Of a stretch of DNA of 64,000 nt, positions 47,686 to 61,889 are shown in pieces. The translations under genes were made by a program, and so were the position numbers. The notes under the pieces are model-generated. The model did no database searches, was not told the DNA's origin, and worked only from the letters and a program-made list of their open reading frames with translations. Every line of letters starts with the position of its first letter. The stretch's first letter is position 1. Origin of the DNA: Squalus acanthias (taxonomy: Eukaryota); contig CM059449.1 in assembly GCA_030390025.1 (NCBI GenBank), positions 35,216,001-35,280,000 of the forward strand, in the 5' to 3' direction.

Positions 47686-50300
47686 GAATATAAGAACATA
47701 AGAATTAGGAGCAGGAGTAGGCCATGCGGCCCCTCGAGCCTGCTCTGTCATTAATAAGATCATGTCTGATCTTCGACCTCAACTCCACTTTCCTGCCTTA
47801 TCCCCATATCCCTTTATTCCTCTGGAGTTCAACAAACTATCTATCTCAGCCTTGAATATACTCAACAACTGAGATACCTCAGCACCTTGGGGAGAGAATT
47901 CCAAAGATTCACAACCCTCTGCGTGAAGAAATTGCTCCTCATCTCACTCTTAAAAGGCAGTTCCCTTATCCTGAGTCTATGACCCCTAGCTCTAGACTCT
48001 CCAGCCAGGGGAAACAAACTCACAGCATCTAACCAGTCCATTTCCCCCCAAAATCTTATATGCTTGAATGAAATCACCTCTCATTCTTCTAACTGCCCGA
48101 GAGGTTAGGCCCAATCTACTCAATCTCTCCTCATATGACAACCGTCTAATCCCAGAGATCAATCTAGTGAACCTTCGTTACACCGCCTCTATCTCAACTA
48201 TATATCCTTCCTTAAATTAGGAGATCAAAACTGCGCACAGTACTCCAGGTCTGGTCTCACCAGTGCCCTGTACAATGGTAGCAAGACTTCCTTTCTCTTG
48301 TACTCGAACCCTCAAGCAATAAAGGCCAACATGCCATTTGCCTTCCCAATTGCTTGCTGTACCTGCATGTTAACTCTCTGTGTTTACTGTACTAGGTCAC
48401 CAAAATCTTTCTGAACACCAACATTTTACAGTTTCTCACCATTAAAAATATATTCTGCTTTGTTCTTCTCCCTAACAAAGTGAATAACCTCACATGTCCC
48501 CACACTATACTCCATCTGCCACCTTATTGCCCACTCACTTAACCTGGCTATATCCCTTTGCAGGTTTTTGTGTCCTCCTCACAACTTACTTTTTCACCAA
48601 GCTTTGCATCGTCAGCAAACGTGAATACATTTCACCCGTTAACTTTGTCTAAGTCATTAATATAGATTGTAAATAGCTGAGGACCAATCACTGATTGCTG
48701 CGAAACCTCAATAGTTACAGCTTGCAAATCTGAAAATGACCTGTTTATCCTCTACTCTCTGTTTTCTGTCTGTAAACCAATCCTTTCACATGCCAATACC
48801 TTATCCCCAACCCCATGTGCACCTATCTTGCTTAACAACCTTTTATGTGGCACCTTATCAAATGCCTTTTGGAAATCCAAATATACTACATCCATTGGAT
48901 CCCCTTTATCTACCCTGTTAATAACGTCATCAAAAAACTCTAATAAATTGGTCAAACACGATTTCCCTTTCATAAAACCATGTTGACTTTGCCTAATCAT
49001 ATTATGATTTTCTAATTGCCCTGATACCACTTCCTCAACAATGGATTCCAGCATTTTCCCGACGACTGGTGTCACGCTAACTGGCCTGTCATTCCCTGTT
49101 TACTCTCTCCCTCCTTTCCTTTACATTTGCTAACTTCCAATCCACTACGACTTTCCTCAACCAAAGGAATTTTGGAAGATCACAACCAATGCATCCACTA
49201 TCTCTGCAGTCACATCTGCAGTTAGACCCCTAGGATGTAGGCCATCAGGTACAGGGGATTTGTCGGCTTTTAGTCCCATTAGTTTCTCTACTGATATTAA
49301 TTACTTCAAGTTCCTCGCTCTCATTACCCCCATGGTTCACCACAATTTTTGGTTTTCCTGTTGAATCTTCTACTCTCTTCTACCATTTCCTTGTTCCCCA
49401 ATATAATTTCTCCTGTCTCAGCCTTTAAGGGACCAAAGCTTACTTTTGCTACTCTCTTCCTTTTTACATACTTGTAGAAGCTCTTACAATCTGTTTAATT
49501 TTTTCCTGGATAACTTACTCCCATATTCTCTTTTCAACCTTTTCATCAAGTTTTTGCCAGTTTTTTCTGGTTTCTAGAGATCTCCCAAACGTTAGGCTTA
49601 CTACTATTCTTTGCACCATTATAAGCCTCTTCTTTTAATCGAAAACTATCATTCATTTATTTAGTTATCCACGGATAGATCACTTTTCCCATGGAGATTT
49701 CATTTCTCAATGGAATGTATATTCGTTGAGAATTTTATAATATTTCTTTAACTGATTGCCACTGCTTATCTACTGTCATAGATTTTAATCTGATTTCCCA
49801 ATCTACCTTAGCCAACTCGCGCCTCATACCTACTCATTTGGTTTTGTTTAAGTTTAAGAATCTAGTGTCGAACATAAAAATGTCACTTTGAAAATCAATG
49901 TGAAATTCTATCATATTATGATAACTCTTTCCGAGAGGATCCTTTACTATACGTTTACTAATTAACACTGTCTCATTACATAAACCTAGATCTAAAATAG
50001 CCTGTTCGCTGTTTGGTTCCATGCCGTAATTTTCTCGGAATCTGTCTCGAATACATTCCATGATTACCCTTGATAATTTGATTTGCCCAAACTATATGCT
50101 GATTAAAGTCCCCCATGGTCATTGTATTACTTTTGTTACACCCTTTTATTATTTCTTGATTAATACGCTGTCCAATGGTGTAGCTACTGTTAGGGCCTTT
50201 ATTAACTACTCCTCCCTCTTTTTTCTGCCCCTTGTTATTTCTTATCTCCACCCATTCTGATTGTACTTACTGATCCTCTGAGCCAAGATCTATTTTCATT
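47686..50300 (-). mobile_element. CR1 LINE, most of ORF2
   Basis: TTCTTATG tail near 47690; SQHGFMKGKSCLTNLLEFF, DVVYLDFQKAFDKVPH; APE remnants MGDFN and AILDL. Confidence 0.92.
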
Positions 50301-50309
50301 ATGTTTTTT

Positions 50310-50740
50310 AACTGTCCACTAGCTTTTAGTAATTTCTGTACTTGAACCCCTAAATCTCTCTGCTCCTCCACAGTTTCTCTCTGCTTGCCATTTAGAATAC
50401 TCTCTGGTCTATCTTTCTAAGCTCCAATGTGGATGACCTCACTCTTCCCCTGGTTGCACTCCATCTGCCACAGAATGGCTCACTCATTTAATTTATGAAT
50501 TACCCATTGCAACCGTCTGCTCCCATCTACACTGTTTACTGTCCAGCTTGGTGCCGTCAGCAAACTTGGATATATGACTCTACATTCCTTCATCTAAGTC
50601 ACTATAATTGTATTGAAAAGCTGAGGTTCCAGTACAGTTCCGTGGGCCCACCCGTAATCACATCCTGCTAATCTGAATATGTACCCATTATCACTGCTCT
50701 CTGCCTCGTATTGCCTAACAGATTCCCTACCCATATCAAT
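50310..50740 (-). mobile_element. Older CR1 RT fragment
   Basis: Reverse strand ISKFADGTKL and WQMECN motifs. Confidence 0.6.
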
Positions 50741-52194
50741 GATCTCGGATTCTACCTCCGAATTGATATTTTCGACTTCTCACAAACTGAGCGTGCTGGG
50801 ATAGTTTTCCGGGAATTTTTTGCCGTGACTCTGTAACAAAGTGGGATTTATGTTGGTAATATGATGCTTAATTTCAAATAAGAAGGGAAAATTTGATTTG
50901 AGATAAGATTGACTAAGCTGTACCTTTACAAGAATTCCAATGCTCCCATGGCAGTGGTGACCTTAACTGTGTAGACTCGTCAGGCTGTGCAAAAGGAAAC
51001 CTCGAATATGCATGAGGTTTATTTGCTTTACTCCGTGCCTTTGTTTGGAAATAAACTGAGAAGAAAAAAAAAAGATGTTTAGTAAAGAGAACATCCAGGT
51101 TGTAAGGCCAGTGCATGTGGATTGACAACTGATAGAGGTAAATGACTTAATCTTTCTGATTGTTTGAAAATAAGGCCAATTTTTGTGCAAGGTGCAAGCA
51201 TATAAAGACATTCTAACATGTTCTCACAAGCTTTAACGTTTGTCCACCTCCCATTTTTTGACTTCAAGGTACTGTCTGTAGCCGGGTACATTACCAGTGC
51301 CACATTCTAAGTATTGGCTTGACTGTATATCTGACTGGAGATCTTAACTCTGTGGGTTGATCAGAAATTTTAATTAACCAGCCTGGGTAAAGTCCAAGTA
51401 AGATTTGTTTCATTCCAAAATAGCTGTGCCTTATAAAACTATATCAGTAATTCTCCCGCAGGAGGGTAGATTGCCACCTTCTGAGTCAATAACTGCTAAT
51501 ATTAAAGTACATTACACGGCATCCTGGTCCGAGCTTATTGGGGCAACTGATTAACTTTTGTGTCTTACAAGAATTTTACTTGTGCTGGGTTCATTGTGAT
51601 ACTGTGTTTCTCGATAAACTGAGAAACCAATGTCATACTCCGTCTTATGTTTACTGAAGTGCGGACCTGTGTCCAGACTTGGCTCCAGAAACACTTGTAA
51701 AATATCCCCACCCCCTATGGTTCAGACGTGTTTTTGAGCAGTGATATTTCCTGAGGGTGGACGGGCGCCTCTCTTCTTGGGTTTTGTCTTCATTAGGAAT
51801 ATCTGTAGGTTCTTCCTCATCATCAATATATCTATGCAACTTATTGAATTGTTGCTTTAAGAGACAGTTAGTGTGTGGGGGCTACATTTGTTTTAATTAA
51901 TGTGTTGAACTCTTATTACAGGGTGACTAGAAACACATTTCATATCTTCTCTTACAGAGTTGATACGTCAGCGAAAGCAGCGATTGAAATTCTATGACTT
52001 TTTATGCATTAGGATGTCTAATTTTCCATAGAGAAGACTCAGGACTAAAAATGAATTCAGTTGGCTGTATCTCTAAGTGAGTCCAATGACATCCATAGCA
52101 GTGATATACCGAAGCCTGCTGAAGGAATTCCCAAGTAGTAATCAGTTTTAAATTGCTTAATAATTGACTATGAACGAGCACATAATTGTGAATT

Positions 52195-53450
52195 TCTATT
52201 TATTCAGTCAGAGGATGTGGATGTCGCTGGCCAGGATAGCATTTATTGCCTACCGTAATTACACTTGAGATGGTGATGCTGATCCGCCATCTTGGACGGC
52301 TGCAATCCATGTGGTGAATATACTCCCATTTTGCTATTAGGTGGGGAGTTCCAGGATTTTGATCCAGCGACGAAGAAGAAACGGCGATATATGATCAAGT
52401 CAGGATGCTGCGTGACTTGAAGGGGAACTTGGATGAGGCGGTGTTCCCTTTCGCCTGCTGCCCTTGTCCTTCAAGGTGGTAGAGGTCATGTGTCTGGGAG
52501 GTACTGCTGAAGAAGACTTTGCGAGTTGCTGCAGAATATCATGTAGATGGTACACACTGCAGACACTTTGCGCCATTGTTGCAGGCAGTGCATGTTTAAA
52601 GTGGTGAATGGTGTGCCGATCTAGCGAACTGTTTTGTTCTTGATGGTGTCGGGATTCTTGAGTATTGTTTGAGCTCAGTCACGCAAGTGGAGAGTTTTCA
52701 ATCACACTCCTGAGTTGTGCCTTTCAGGTGGTGGAACGTCTCTGGCGAATCATGAGGTGTGTCACTTGCCACAGAATACCCAACCTCTGACCTTCTCTTA
52801 CAGCCACATTATTTATGTGGCTGGTACAGTTAACTTTCTGGTCAGTGATAAAACTCAGGATGTTGATGGCCGGGGATTCGACGTTGGGCATGCCATTGAA
52901 TGTCACCGGGGGTAGTTAGACTCTGTCTTGTTGGAGATGGTCATTAACTAGTATTTTGCAGCATGTATATTATTTGCCACTTCTCAGCCCGAGTCTGGAT
53001 GCCTTCCAGGTCTTGTTGCAAGCAGGCACGGACTACATCATTATCTGCGGAATTGCAATGGAATTGTACACTATGCAATCAGCAGCGAACATCACCATGT
53101 CTGAACTTATGACGGAGGGAAGGTCATTGCCGAAGCAGCTGAAGATGTTTGGGGCTAGCACACTGCTCTGAGGAACTCCTGCAGGGATGTCCTTGTGTTT
53201 AGATGATTGGTCTCCAACAACCACAACGATCGTCCTTTGTTCCAGGTATGACTCCAGCCTGAATCCCATTGATTTCACATTTTACTAGGGCTCCTTGGCG
53301 CTACAGTCGGTCAAGTGTTGCCTTGATGACAAGAACAGTCACTCTCACCTAACCTCTGTAATTCAGCTCTTTCTCCATATTTGCACGAAGGCTGTAATGA
53401 GGTCTGGAGTCGAGTGGTCCTGGCGGAAACCCAGCAGAGCGTCGGTGAGC
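52195..53450 (-). mobile_element. Jockey-group (CR1/L2-like) LINE, RT to 3' end, distinct family
   Basis: IPAGVPQSSVLAPNIFSCFGNDLPSVISSDMVMFAADC; AATAA-type 3' end near 52200. Confidence 0.75.
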
Positions 53451-53559
53451 GTTGGGTAAGACCCCCAGAAACTAAATTATTATATTCAGATACTTACAGA
53501 CAAGATAAACGGATTGGTAACTTTGCAGTTTGTGCTATATCTAGAATCGCGGCCAGGAA

Positions 53560-56500
53560 CATGCGGGGCCAAATGTGTGCATTCAATAACACACTAGACT
53601 TAATTAACAACTGCCATTAGGAAACAAATATTTGGGATTTACGTGCTGTTGTCCACCAGGAAAAGCATTCAGCTGCAGACTTTAGGTTGGCCAATATTGC
53701 TGAGCTCTCTGAATCAGCCTCCAATAGAGGAGAAATTCGGCTTTGCAGCGCCGCTTTTTAGGTGTTATGCGGCCTCCCAGTTCTATAAAATGGCGTCCGA
53801 GATGCGCCTGCAGAGTTCTGGCAGGAAATGCGGCGGGTGCCACCTTGCTAAAGGGGTTTCAAGGTGACAATGATTCTTAATTTTTATGCAGCTTTCTCCT
53901 TCCAGGCTGTTGCTGTTGATGTAAACTACCTCTCGCTTTTTGCAGTGCAATGCTGCATACGGGAGGTCAGTGAGTCTCTCGATGCAAAGACAGACCACCT
54001 CATCTCATTCCTTCCTGCCACAGTCAAGCAGGCGGAGAGAGCACTAGGGTTTGCAATGATTGCAGGCTTCCCCCTGGTGCAGGGTGCCATTGAATGCACT
54101 CGCAATGCCTTGTGTGCACCTGCTGTCAACTCGGCCATTTTCAGGAACCGAAAGGGATTCCACTCCCTTAGTGTGCAGCTGTTGTGCGACCATAGGCCTC
54201 GCTTCATGCAAGTGAATGTCCGTCAGCTGAGCGGGTATGAAGATTTGAGTTAGTGCTGCATCCTGCACAACAGGCCATTATGAGGGAATAGCCGTACCGC
54301 CGCGAATCAGGCGAGAAGCTGAGGAGCCTCAACACGAGGAGGAGAATGAAGTGGAGGAGGTATTGAAGGAGGAAGAAGTTGAGGAGGAAGTGGAGGAGGA
54401 TTATTTGGAGGAGAAGGAAGGGCAAAAGTAAGTGGAGAAACAGAAAGAGGAAAGGAGGTTACAAAATGGACAGCCCCTCTCTGCCCGGGTTCTATTGATG
54501 AAGTAATTAATGAGCGATACCAGTAAACTTCCCAACACCTCCCCATTCATCAATAGTCCCACGCTCCTTAACTTTCATTTATCACTGACCATCACATCAT
54601 CATCTTTCCGACAACACAAACATAAGAACAAACAGACAAAGCCCATTTCAAATAAAATCCAAAAGTATGTATTTAACCATTTCACAATTACACAAAAATA
54701 ATACAATCATTCTCGTGCAATCCCTTAATGCCTCTTGTTCCGTGTGCTTTTGCCTCTCCTAGTGCTTCGACAGCTGCTTCCCCCGTGCCTGGAGCATGGG
54801 TGCTAGAACGCTTCTGACATTCAATTGAGGGGACCACAGGTGGCCTTGGAGGGAAACCTCGAGCAGCTCTGGGCCTAGATGACTTGGCTTCAGACTGCAC
54901 CATCTCGGCCTGTGCTGCAGCCGTCTGGGCTAACTGGATGACAGGCAACAGTGTGGATAGCAGCGGAGTGGCGGGGTGGGGGAAGGAATGCTGTCATCCT
55001 GAGAGAGGAAAGCAGATCCATGCTCTTTGGAGCCACTGCCACTCACCCGGTGCGGCGCCTCAGCAATCCAATAATCAGTTGGATGACAGATTGATCGACT
55101 GCTGTTAGGCCCTGGAAGCCCTCTACAAAAGTAGTATCCAGACCCATGAGGGCACCATCTGAGCTTCCACTGCAGAACTCTGACCTTTAAGGGAAGCTGC
55201 TTATGATGCAATAGAAGTTGTGACATCGGCCATCAGACGCTGCATCATGGTGGGTTCCACAGGCGTACTGATGGAGGAGACCAGCCGTTGAGCTGCCTGC
55301 TGTTATGTTGCAAACATGGGCGCCGAGCTCAGCGCAAAGCCCCGTGCCGAGTTAGTGCTGAACTCCTCCATGCGCCATGACATTGAGGGCAGGTATCTGG
55401 CAAGTTTCCGGTGCAACAAGGCTTTGGGTGTGTACAACCATCACCTTTCTTCTGCAGCCTGTCCCATTGAAGTCCTCATCTAAGTCCTCTGCCGCAGAAC
55501 TAATGTGTGACTTCGCCCTCCAGCGAGCTGGCGCCTGCGCTATTCTTTCACCCCACCCTAAATCCTTCACACTTGTTCCCGGCGTCTCCCCACATGCAGA
55601 CTCCTTCTCTACCCCAGCCTCTAAAATAATTGCAGAGCCAGTATCGGAGCTGCTGGCTGCGACTGTAAGATGGATTGAAGGTGTCTGTCCGTCTTCCTTT
55701 TCTTCCTCCTCTCCCTCCACCGACTGGACGGGATCCAGTTCCTGGGCTTCTTAAATGAAAAAGGGACAAGGATTGTGTTGTGGTGATGAGAGGGGAGAAA
55801 GTAACAAGTGCCTTCTTACACACTCTGCATCGTCCCAGTCAGAAGAGACTGAGGAATGAGGGAGAAGCGGGATGAGAGAAGAAGGATTAGATATGCTGAT
55901 AACCTGATCTTCAATTGCTTCGGCCCCGCCAATGGCCACAGCTGCAGCGATTCCTCTTCCCCTGATATCTCCTCCGTGGGGGTTAAAACATGCAGGCGCA
56001 TTTGTCCACCTCAATCTATTTTCTGCTGCCTACTGTTAGGCGCCACCTACTCATGTAAGAAATGAGGAATTGAGTCAACGAATGTCGTGCAATATGTTTG
56101 ATTGATGTGGCTGTCATGGTTAAATAGCTACCAGAGTGTGTGTGTTGTGAGTTGCGGGTGCGATGTTTTCAACAGTGCTAAGTGCATGAGGGTGGGGTAA
56201 AGCATATGAATTGAAGGGTTGAGTACTTATTGATAAATTGTTGGTAGGTGGGTGATGGGCTTCAGTGAATTGAGCAGTGAATGAGGCTGGAGTTGCAGAT
56301 CACAGGATCAGCCATTTGAAGAAGAACCCACTGACCTTGAAAACTCGTGTGAGATCGTTAAACTGCTTCCTGCACCGCATCCATTTTGTTGGAGCAACAT
56401 TCCTTGTAATCGACTCCGCCGCTACTTCTTCCCACACCTATTTTTTGGGGTTAGCCAATTTCTCCCCCAACATGTGCCTTATGTGAAATAAGTTCACAGC

Positions 56501-56560
56501 TGACGTGCCGTTTGCTTTCTCTGGTGATGCCGTGCATGTCCTTATGTTTGGCTTGGGTTC
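53560..56560. mobile_element. PIF/Harbinger DNA transposon relic: transposase (+) and convergent Myb/SANT-like gene (-)
   Basis: Plus strand 53880-54250: GFAMIAGFPLVQGAIECT...FRNRKGFHSLSVQLLCD (HARBI1-like). Minus strand ~56338-56433: WEEVAAESITRNVAPTKWMRCRKQFNDLTRVFK then a GT donor; next exon GGQMRLHVLTPTEE. TIRs not resolved. Confidence 0.85.
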
Positions 56561-57199
56561 AGTGCACAGGGTCTGATGCAACGCTGCCATAGTTCTACTA
56601 TTGGGTGCGAAGTTGGACTTGGGCGGGAGACAAAACAGGCGGAATCACATTTTTGAATCGATATATGACACCCCTGATATTCAGATCTATTAAAGTCAAT
56701 GGAACTGAATATCAGACGGTGCGCATAACAGACGACAAATGCGGTACAATTGGTTTTGATTCCCCACCCTTGTCCATTTGCACCAATCAAAAAGTCTCAG
56801 CATATAGATCAGCTCACCTAAATCTAATTATTCCCGAGTTGTGGTGACAAGGCTAATGAAGGGCAACATTACAGTTAGATTTTCAACTTGCCTCTGCCAG
56901 GTAAAATATATTTTGTGGATTGCACTCCCATTGTGCAAACCACCCAATCTTTTTACTTGCAATTAAATCAATGGAGATGAAAATCAAACGGTTTCTACAA
57001 TGAAGGTATTACCTGCAACTCCAGCTTCATGGCATAAGTTGAAAATCGACCACAATGTGATGGATCATCAGGCACGAAACTGTCCTATTCAATTATTATT
57101 GCAACAGTTCATTAAAGGGATGCCTTGAATGACCTATTACATGGATTGATTAAAATTATATCTTATTGTGGAATCTCAGATATATTTAAGTATATTTTT

Positions 57200-57470
57200 T
57201 TAAAATTCCCTTGGACAATATTGTACTGCAATATGATACAAGTGTTTAAAATAATGAACGTTTGGTTAAGGATAGATATAAGCAGCATCCTTCCAGTAGT
57301 CAAGGGACCAAGAATGAGGAGTCATCGATGCAAGAGTAAATGTAAGAAATTTAGAGCAAAGTGCAGCAGATATTCTTTACATAATGGGTTGTAAGGCTGT
57401 GGAACTCATTTGCAGGGTTAGTGTTTGAGGAAAAAACAGTGTCAACACTCAAGTCTATATTGGACAGGAG
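57200..57470 (+). mobile_element. Old CR1 3' fragment
   Basis: MIQVFKIMN...RMRSHRCK...VVRLWNS. Confidence 0.6.
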
Positions 57471-57619
57471 GACGAGGAAATATCAGACAATATTCATTTG
57501 GTATTTGTACAGTCTTAGTCCAGCAACAGACACCAATTTACGTTTATAGTAAACTTAAATGCCTTGTAAAAGCTTCTAAAATTATTGTTACAGCTTCAAT
57601 AGGTATGTAATATAGCAAA

Positions 57620-59400
57620 GATTAGCGAAAGTAAATGTGGGTCCCTTTCAGGCTGAGACAGGAGAAATGATAATGGGGTATAAGGAAATGGCGGTAAATT
57701 AACCGAATACTTTGTGTCTGTCATTACGGAAGAAGACGCAAAAAACTTCCCAGAAATAGTGGAGAACCAAGGGTCTAACGCAAATGAGGAACTGAAAGTA
57801 ATTAGTATTAGTAAAAAAAATTACCAGAGAAATTTATGGGACTGAATGCCAATCAATCCCCTGAACCTGATGGCCTACATTCTAGGGTTTTGAAAGAGGT
57901 GGCTATACAGAAAGTGAATGCATTTTTTGTCCTTTTCGAAAATTCCATCGATTCAAGAATTGGTCCCGCAGTTTGGAAGGTAACAAATGTAACCTTACTA
58001 TTTAAGAAGGGAGGGAGAGAGAAAACGGTGAACTACAGACCAGTTAGCCTGACATCATTAGGGAAAATGCTAGAATCTATTATTAAGGACGTGGTAACAG
58101 GGCACTTAGAAAATAATAATAGGATTGGGCAGAGACAGCACGGATTTATGAAAGGGAAAAGCAAAATACTGAGGATGCTGAAAATCTGCTATAAAAACAG
58201 AAAATGCTGGAAATACTCAGCAGGTCAGGCATCATCTGTCGAGAGAGAAACAGAGTTAACGGTTCAGGTCGATGACGATGGGTCATTGACCTGAAACGTT
58301 AACTCTGTTTCTATTTCTAGAGATGTTGCCTGACCTGGTGAGTATTTCCAGCATTTTCTGTTTTTATTTTATGAAAGGTCAGTCGTGTTTGACAAATCTG
58401 TTAGAATTTTTTGAGGTTGTAAATAGCAGAATAGATAAGGGGAAACAGTGGATGTGATGTATTTGGATTTTCAGCAGGCATTCGATAAGGTGCCACACAA
58501 GATGGATTGAGGATTTGTAAATGGACAGAAAACAGAGAGTAGGAATAAACGGGTCATTTTGGTGTTGGCAGGCTGTAACTAGTGGGGTACCGCAAGGATC
58601 AGTGCTTGGGCCTACGCTATTCACAATCTACATCCATGATTTGGATGAGGGGAAACATGTAATATATCCACTTTTGCTGATGATACAAAGCTGGGTGGGA
58701 ATCTAAGTTGTGAGGAGGATGAAAAGAGGCTTCAAGGCGATATAGAGAGGCTAACTGAGTGGGCAAGAAAATGGCAAATGTAATATAATGTGGAGAAATG
58801 TGAAGTTATTCACTTTTGCAGGAAAAATAGAAAAGCAGAGTATTTTTAAAATAATGAGAGATTGGGAAATGTTGGTGTTCAGAGGGACCTGGGTATCCTT
58901 GAACACGAATCACTGAAAGTTAACAAGCAGGAACAGCAAGCAATTAGGAAAGCAAAAGCTATGTTGACCTGTTTTACAAGAGGATTTGAGTATAAGAGTA
59001 ATGACGTCTTACTGCAAATATATAGGGCCCTGGTGAGACCACATCTGGGTATTGTGTACAGTTTTGGTCTCCTTACATAAGAAATTATATACTTGCCATA
59101 GAGGGAGCACAACGCAGGTTCACCAGACTGGTTCCTGGGCTGGGGTCGATTGTCCTATGAGGAGAGTTTGAGTAGACTAGGCCTATATTCTCGAGAGTTT
59201 AGAAGAATGAGAGGTGATCTCATTGAAACATACAACATTCTTACAGGGATTGACAGGGTAGATGCAGGGAGGATGTTTCCCCTGGCTGGGGATTCTAGAA
59301 CCAGGGGTCACAGCTCAGAATAAGGGGACGGCCATTTAGGACTGAGATGAGGAGAAATTTATTTACTCAGAGCGAGGTGAATCTTTCGAATTCTCTACCG
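57620..59400 (+). mobile_element. CR1 LINE RT region
   Basis: [44 protein letters not shown]. Confidence 0.9.
58156..58367. mobile_element. Fold-back Penelope family A unit inserted in the CR1
   Basis: 11-bp TSD TTTATGAAAGG (58145-58155, 58368-58378). Antisense and sense pLTR ends meet in hammerhead stem II near 58278. Confidence 0.85.
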
Positions 59401-60332
59401 AGTCTGATCAAATAATTAAATTATGAATAGTGGTTTTCTCTGGCTGACCACAATGAACAACTGGTTCAGTAATTATGTGAACAGTCTCGGGTTTGTGGCG
59501 TGTGACTGTCGTGCAACAATTGGCGCATGAGTTCATCACTCATAACAGGGAAATAAATTAATCAGGGCCAAATGTATAGTATACATAAGGTGACTGGATT
59601 TGTTCTATCAGAGAACGTGAATAAAGTTGACATATAATGCAGCCTAGTTAATTACAATGCCTTAATTACGTTCAGTTAAGATTGTGCCCTCAAAATCTCG
59701 GCTATTTAAGGAAGTCCTGCTTTGTCTCAGGCACTCTGGTCTATTTGTAAAGAAATCACAACATTTACTTCAGCCGGGATGTACCTGATTAAGTTTGGTG
59801 TGAACAACACGCATCGGAATCTAGTGACTGATTGTGGTCAAAAATGTATTCAACTTTAAAAGTTGAAAACAATCGTAAAGATTGCCGTCATTTGGTATAA
59901 AGTAAATCAAAACTATACAGGGTGCACGTTAAGTCAGTGTAAAATCAGTGTAAAATCGGGATATAAATTTGGGAGGGTAGGAATTCATATGATGTAAGAC
60001 CAGGGCAGAAACATTCCGAGGGGTGCATTCATTAGGTACATAATCAGGACTAAATCAAAAATGGGAACATTTATGAGGTTCAATATCAGTATTCTAAGAC
60101 ATGCCTATATCGTCCCTCGGCCCGTCCAACAGTTTCCAAAGTTCAGACCCGTCGAACAGACAACACAAAAGCCAATTAATCTGTGAAAAACATCTTTACT
60201 TAAAAATCTGCAAGAGATTACAAGTAAGTTAAGTTGCATGTAACAATTCTCGATTATACTTTAGCATACACAGCGCTATCCATTTACTTTAAGGTCAAGT
60301 GATAATAAGCAAGCACCACACGCATACTAACA

Positions 60333-61357
60333 ACACATGCATAGACCTCCTCAGAAGACGAACACGGGACACAACCAACAGAGTAACCTACGTCGTCCAG
60401 TACTTCCCCGGAGCGGAGAAACTATGCCATGTTCTTCGCAGCCTTCAACATGTCATCGATGACGACGAACACCTTGCTAAGGCCATCCCCACGCCTCCAC
60501 TACTCGCCTTCAAGCAGCCGCCTAACCTCAAAAGTACCACCGTTCGCAGCAAATTACCCAGCTTTCAGGAGAACAGCGACCACGACACCACACAACCCTG
60601 CCACGGCAACCTCTGCAAGACATGCCAGATCATGGACACAGATACCGTCATCACACGTGAGGACACTACCCACCAGGTACATGGTACATACTCATGTGAC
60701 TCGGCCAACGTTGTCTACCTGATACGTTGCAGTAAAGGATGCCCCAGAGCATGGTACATCGGCGAGACCATGCAGACACTGAGACAACGTATGAACGGAC
60801 ACCACACAACAATCGCCAGGCAGCAGGGTTGCCTCCCAGTCGGGGAACACTTCAGCAGTCAAGGGCATTCAGCCTCGGATCTGCGGGTTAGCGTCCTCCA
60901 AGGCGGCCTTCGGGATACACGACAACGCGAAATCATCGAGCTGAAACTGATAGCCAAGTTGCGCACCCATGAGGACGGCCTCAATCGGGATATCGGGTTC
61001 ATGTCACGTTACAGAACGTGACTTGACATCGTTGCCGGTCATTCCAGCATTTTTTTAAAAACAAACACAAGAAACAAACACAAGAAACAAACCCAAATGG
61101 AGAGGATATGCAGCCAGCAGGTGTTTTGACACGTTGGACCCCCTGGGACACATCTCAGTGTCTTGGCTGTGCTCTTAGTATGTCTTTGATGTAGGGATAG
61201 ATTGAATCTCTGCATTTTCTCTGTGTTTATATTCTGTGAATTCGGTTAGATTGTCTCACAGTAACTCTACCTGAGGAAGGGGCGGCAGCTCCGAAAGCTT
61301 GTAATATTAAATAAATCTGTTGGACTATAACCTGGTGTTGTGCTACTTCTCATTTTT
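60333..61357 (+). mobile_element. Penelope family B element (Neptune-type), 5'-truncated, with open GIY-YIG frame
   Basis: QPCHGNLCKTCQ linker, NVVYLIRC...WYIGET...RQRMNGH, stop at 61021; 9-bp TSD ATACTAACA (60324-60332, 61358-61366). Confidence 0.92.
61268..61303 (+). ncRNA. Minimal type I hammerhead ribozyme with intact core (family B)
   Basis: UAC CUGAGGA A GGGGC GGCA GCUCC GAAA GC U U GUA; palindromic AGCU stem III. Confidence 0.8.
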
Positions 61358-61889
61358 ATACTAACACCAGTGATTGGTCAATTCGGAGAAGACTTGACAT
61401 GTGATTTCTGACAACTGAACAGGTTGCCAGACTGCAGCCCCGAGTGTCTTTTTACAGCAGTTTTTATACCATAAAACCTGGCAACCCGCCCAAAGCAGAC
61501 ATGACACAAACTTCAGCAAAGAATAGTCAGTAGTTGTTTTCTTATCAGTGGTCAGTCAGTCAGTCAGTGGGCCGTAAGGCTGGTTACATTCCAAAGTCTT
61601 AAGATATTCCTGCTTTTGAAATGGCTTAACAGTTCAATAGCTTCTTCTCCACAGAACTGTCAAGCTCTATTTCCCTTATCTGTTAAAAGGCAGCAGGCAG
61701 ACTTTACATCTTAGAAACGTAGCAGTCTGTTTTACATTCCAGCAGAAAGTCTCTGTTTCTGTGAACAGTTTCCATACAAAGTTCCCACAAGAATCAACCT
61801 TAGCTTCTTGAAGCAGGCTGGTATATTAAATTTGGTCATCTTTTAAGTTTGGTCAAGTTACAGCAAAATTTACTGCAAATAGCTTTTTC

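Larger units (their letters stand above)
60070..61862 (-). repeat. Probable 3' LTR of the env-bearing ERV, split by the Penelope insertion
   Basis: Starts TGTAAC on the minus strand just after the env stop, with TATAAAA near 61465. Continuity across the 9-bp TSD is inferred; the distal end is uncertain. Confidence 0.45.

Noticed and set aside
54330-54460. GAG-rich purine tract as a separate repeat
   Set aside because: Consistent with the acidic C-terminal tail of the Harbinger transposase.
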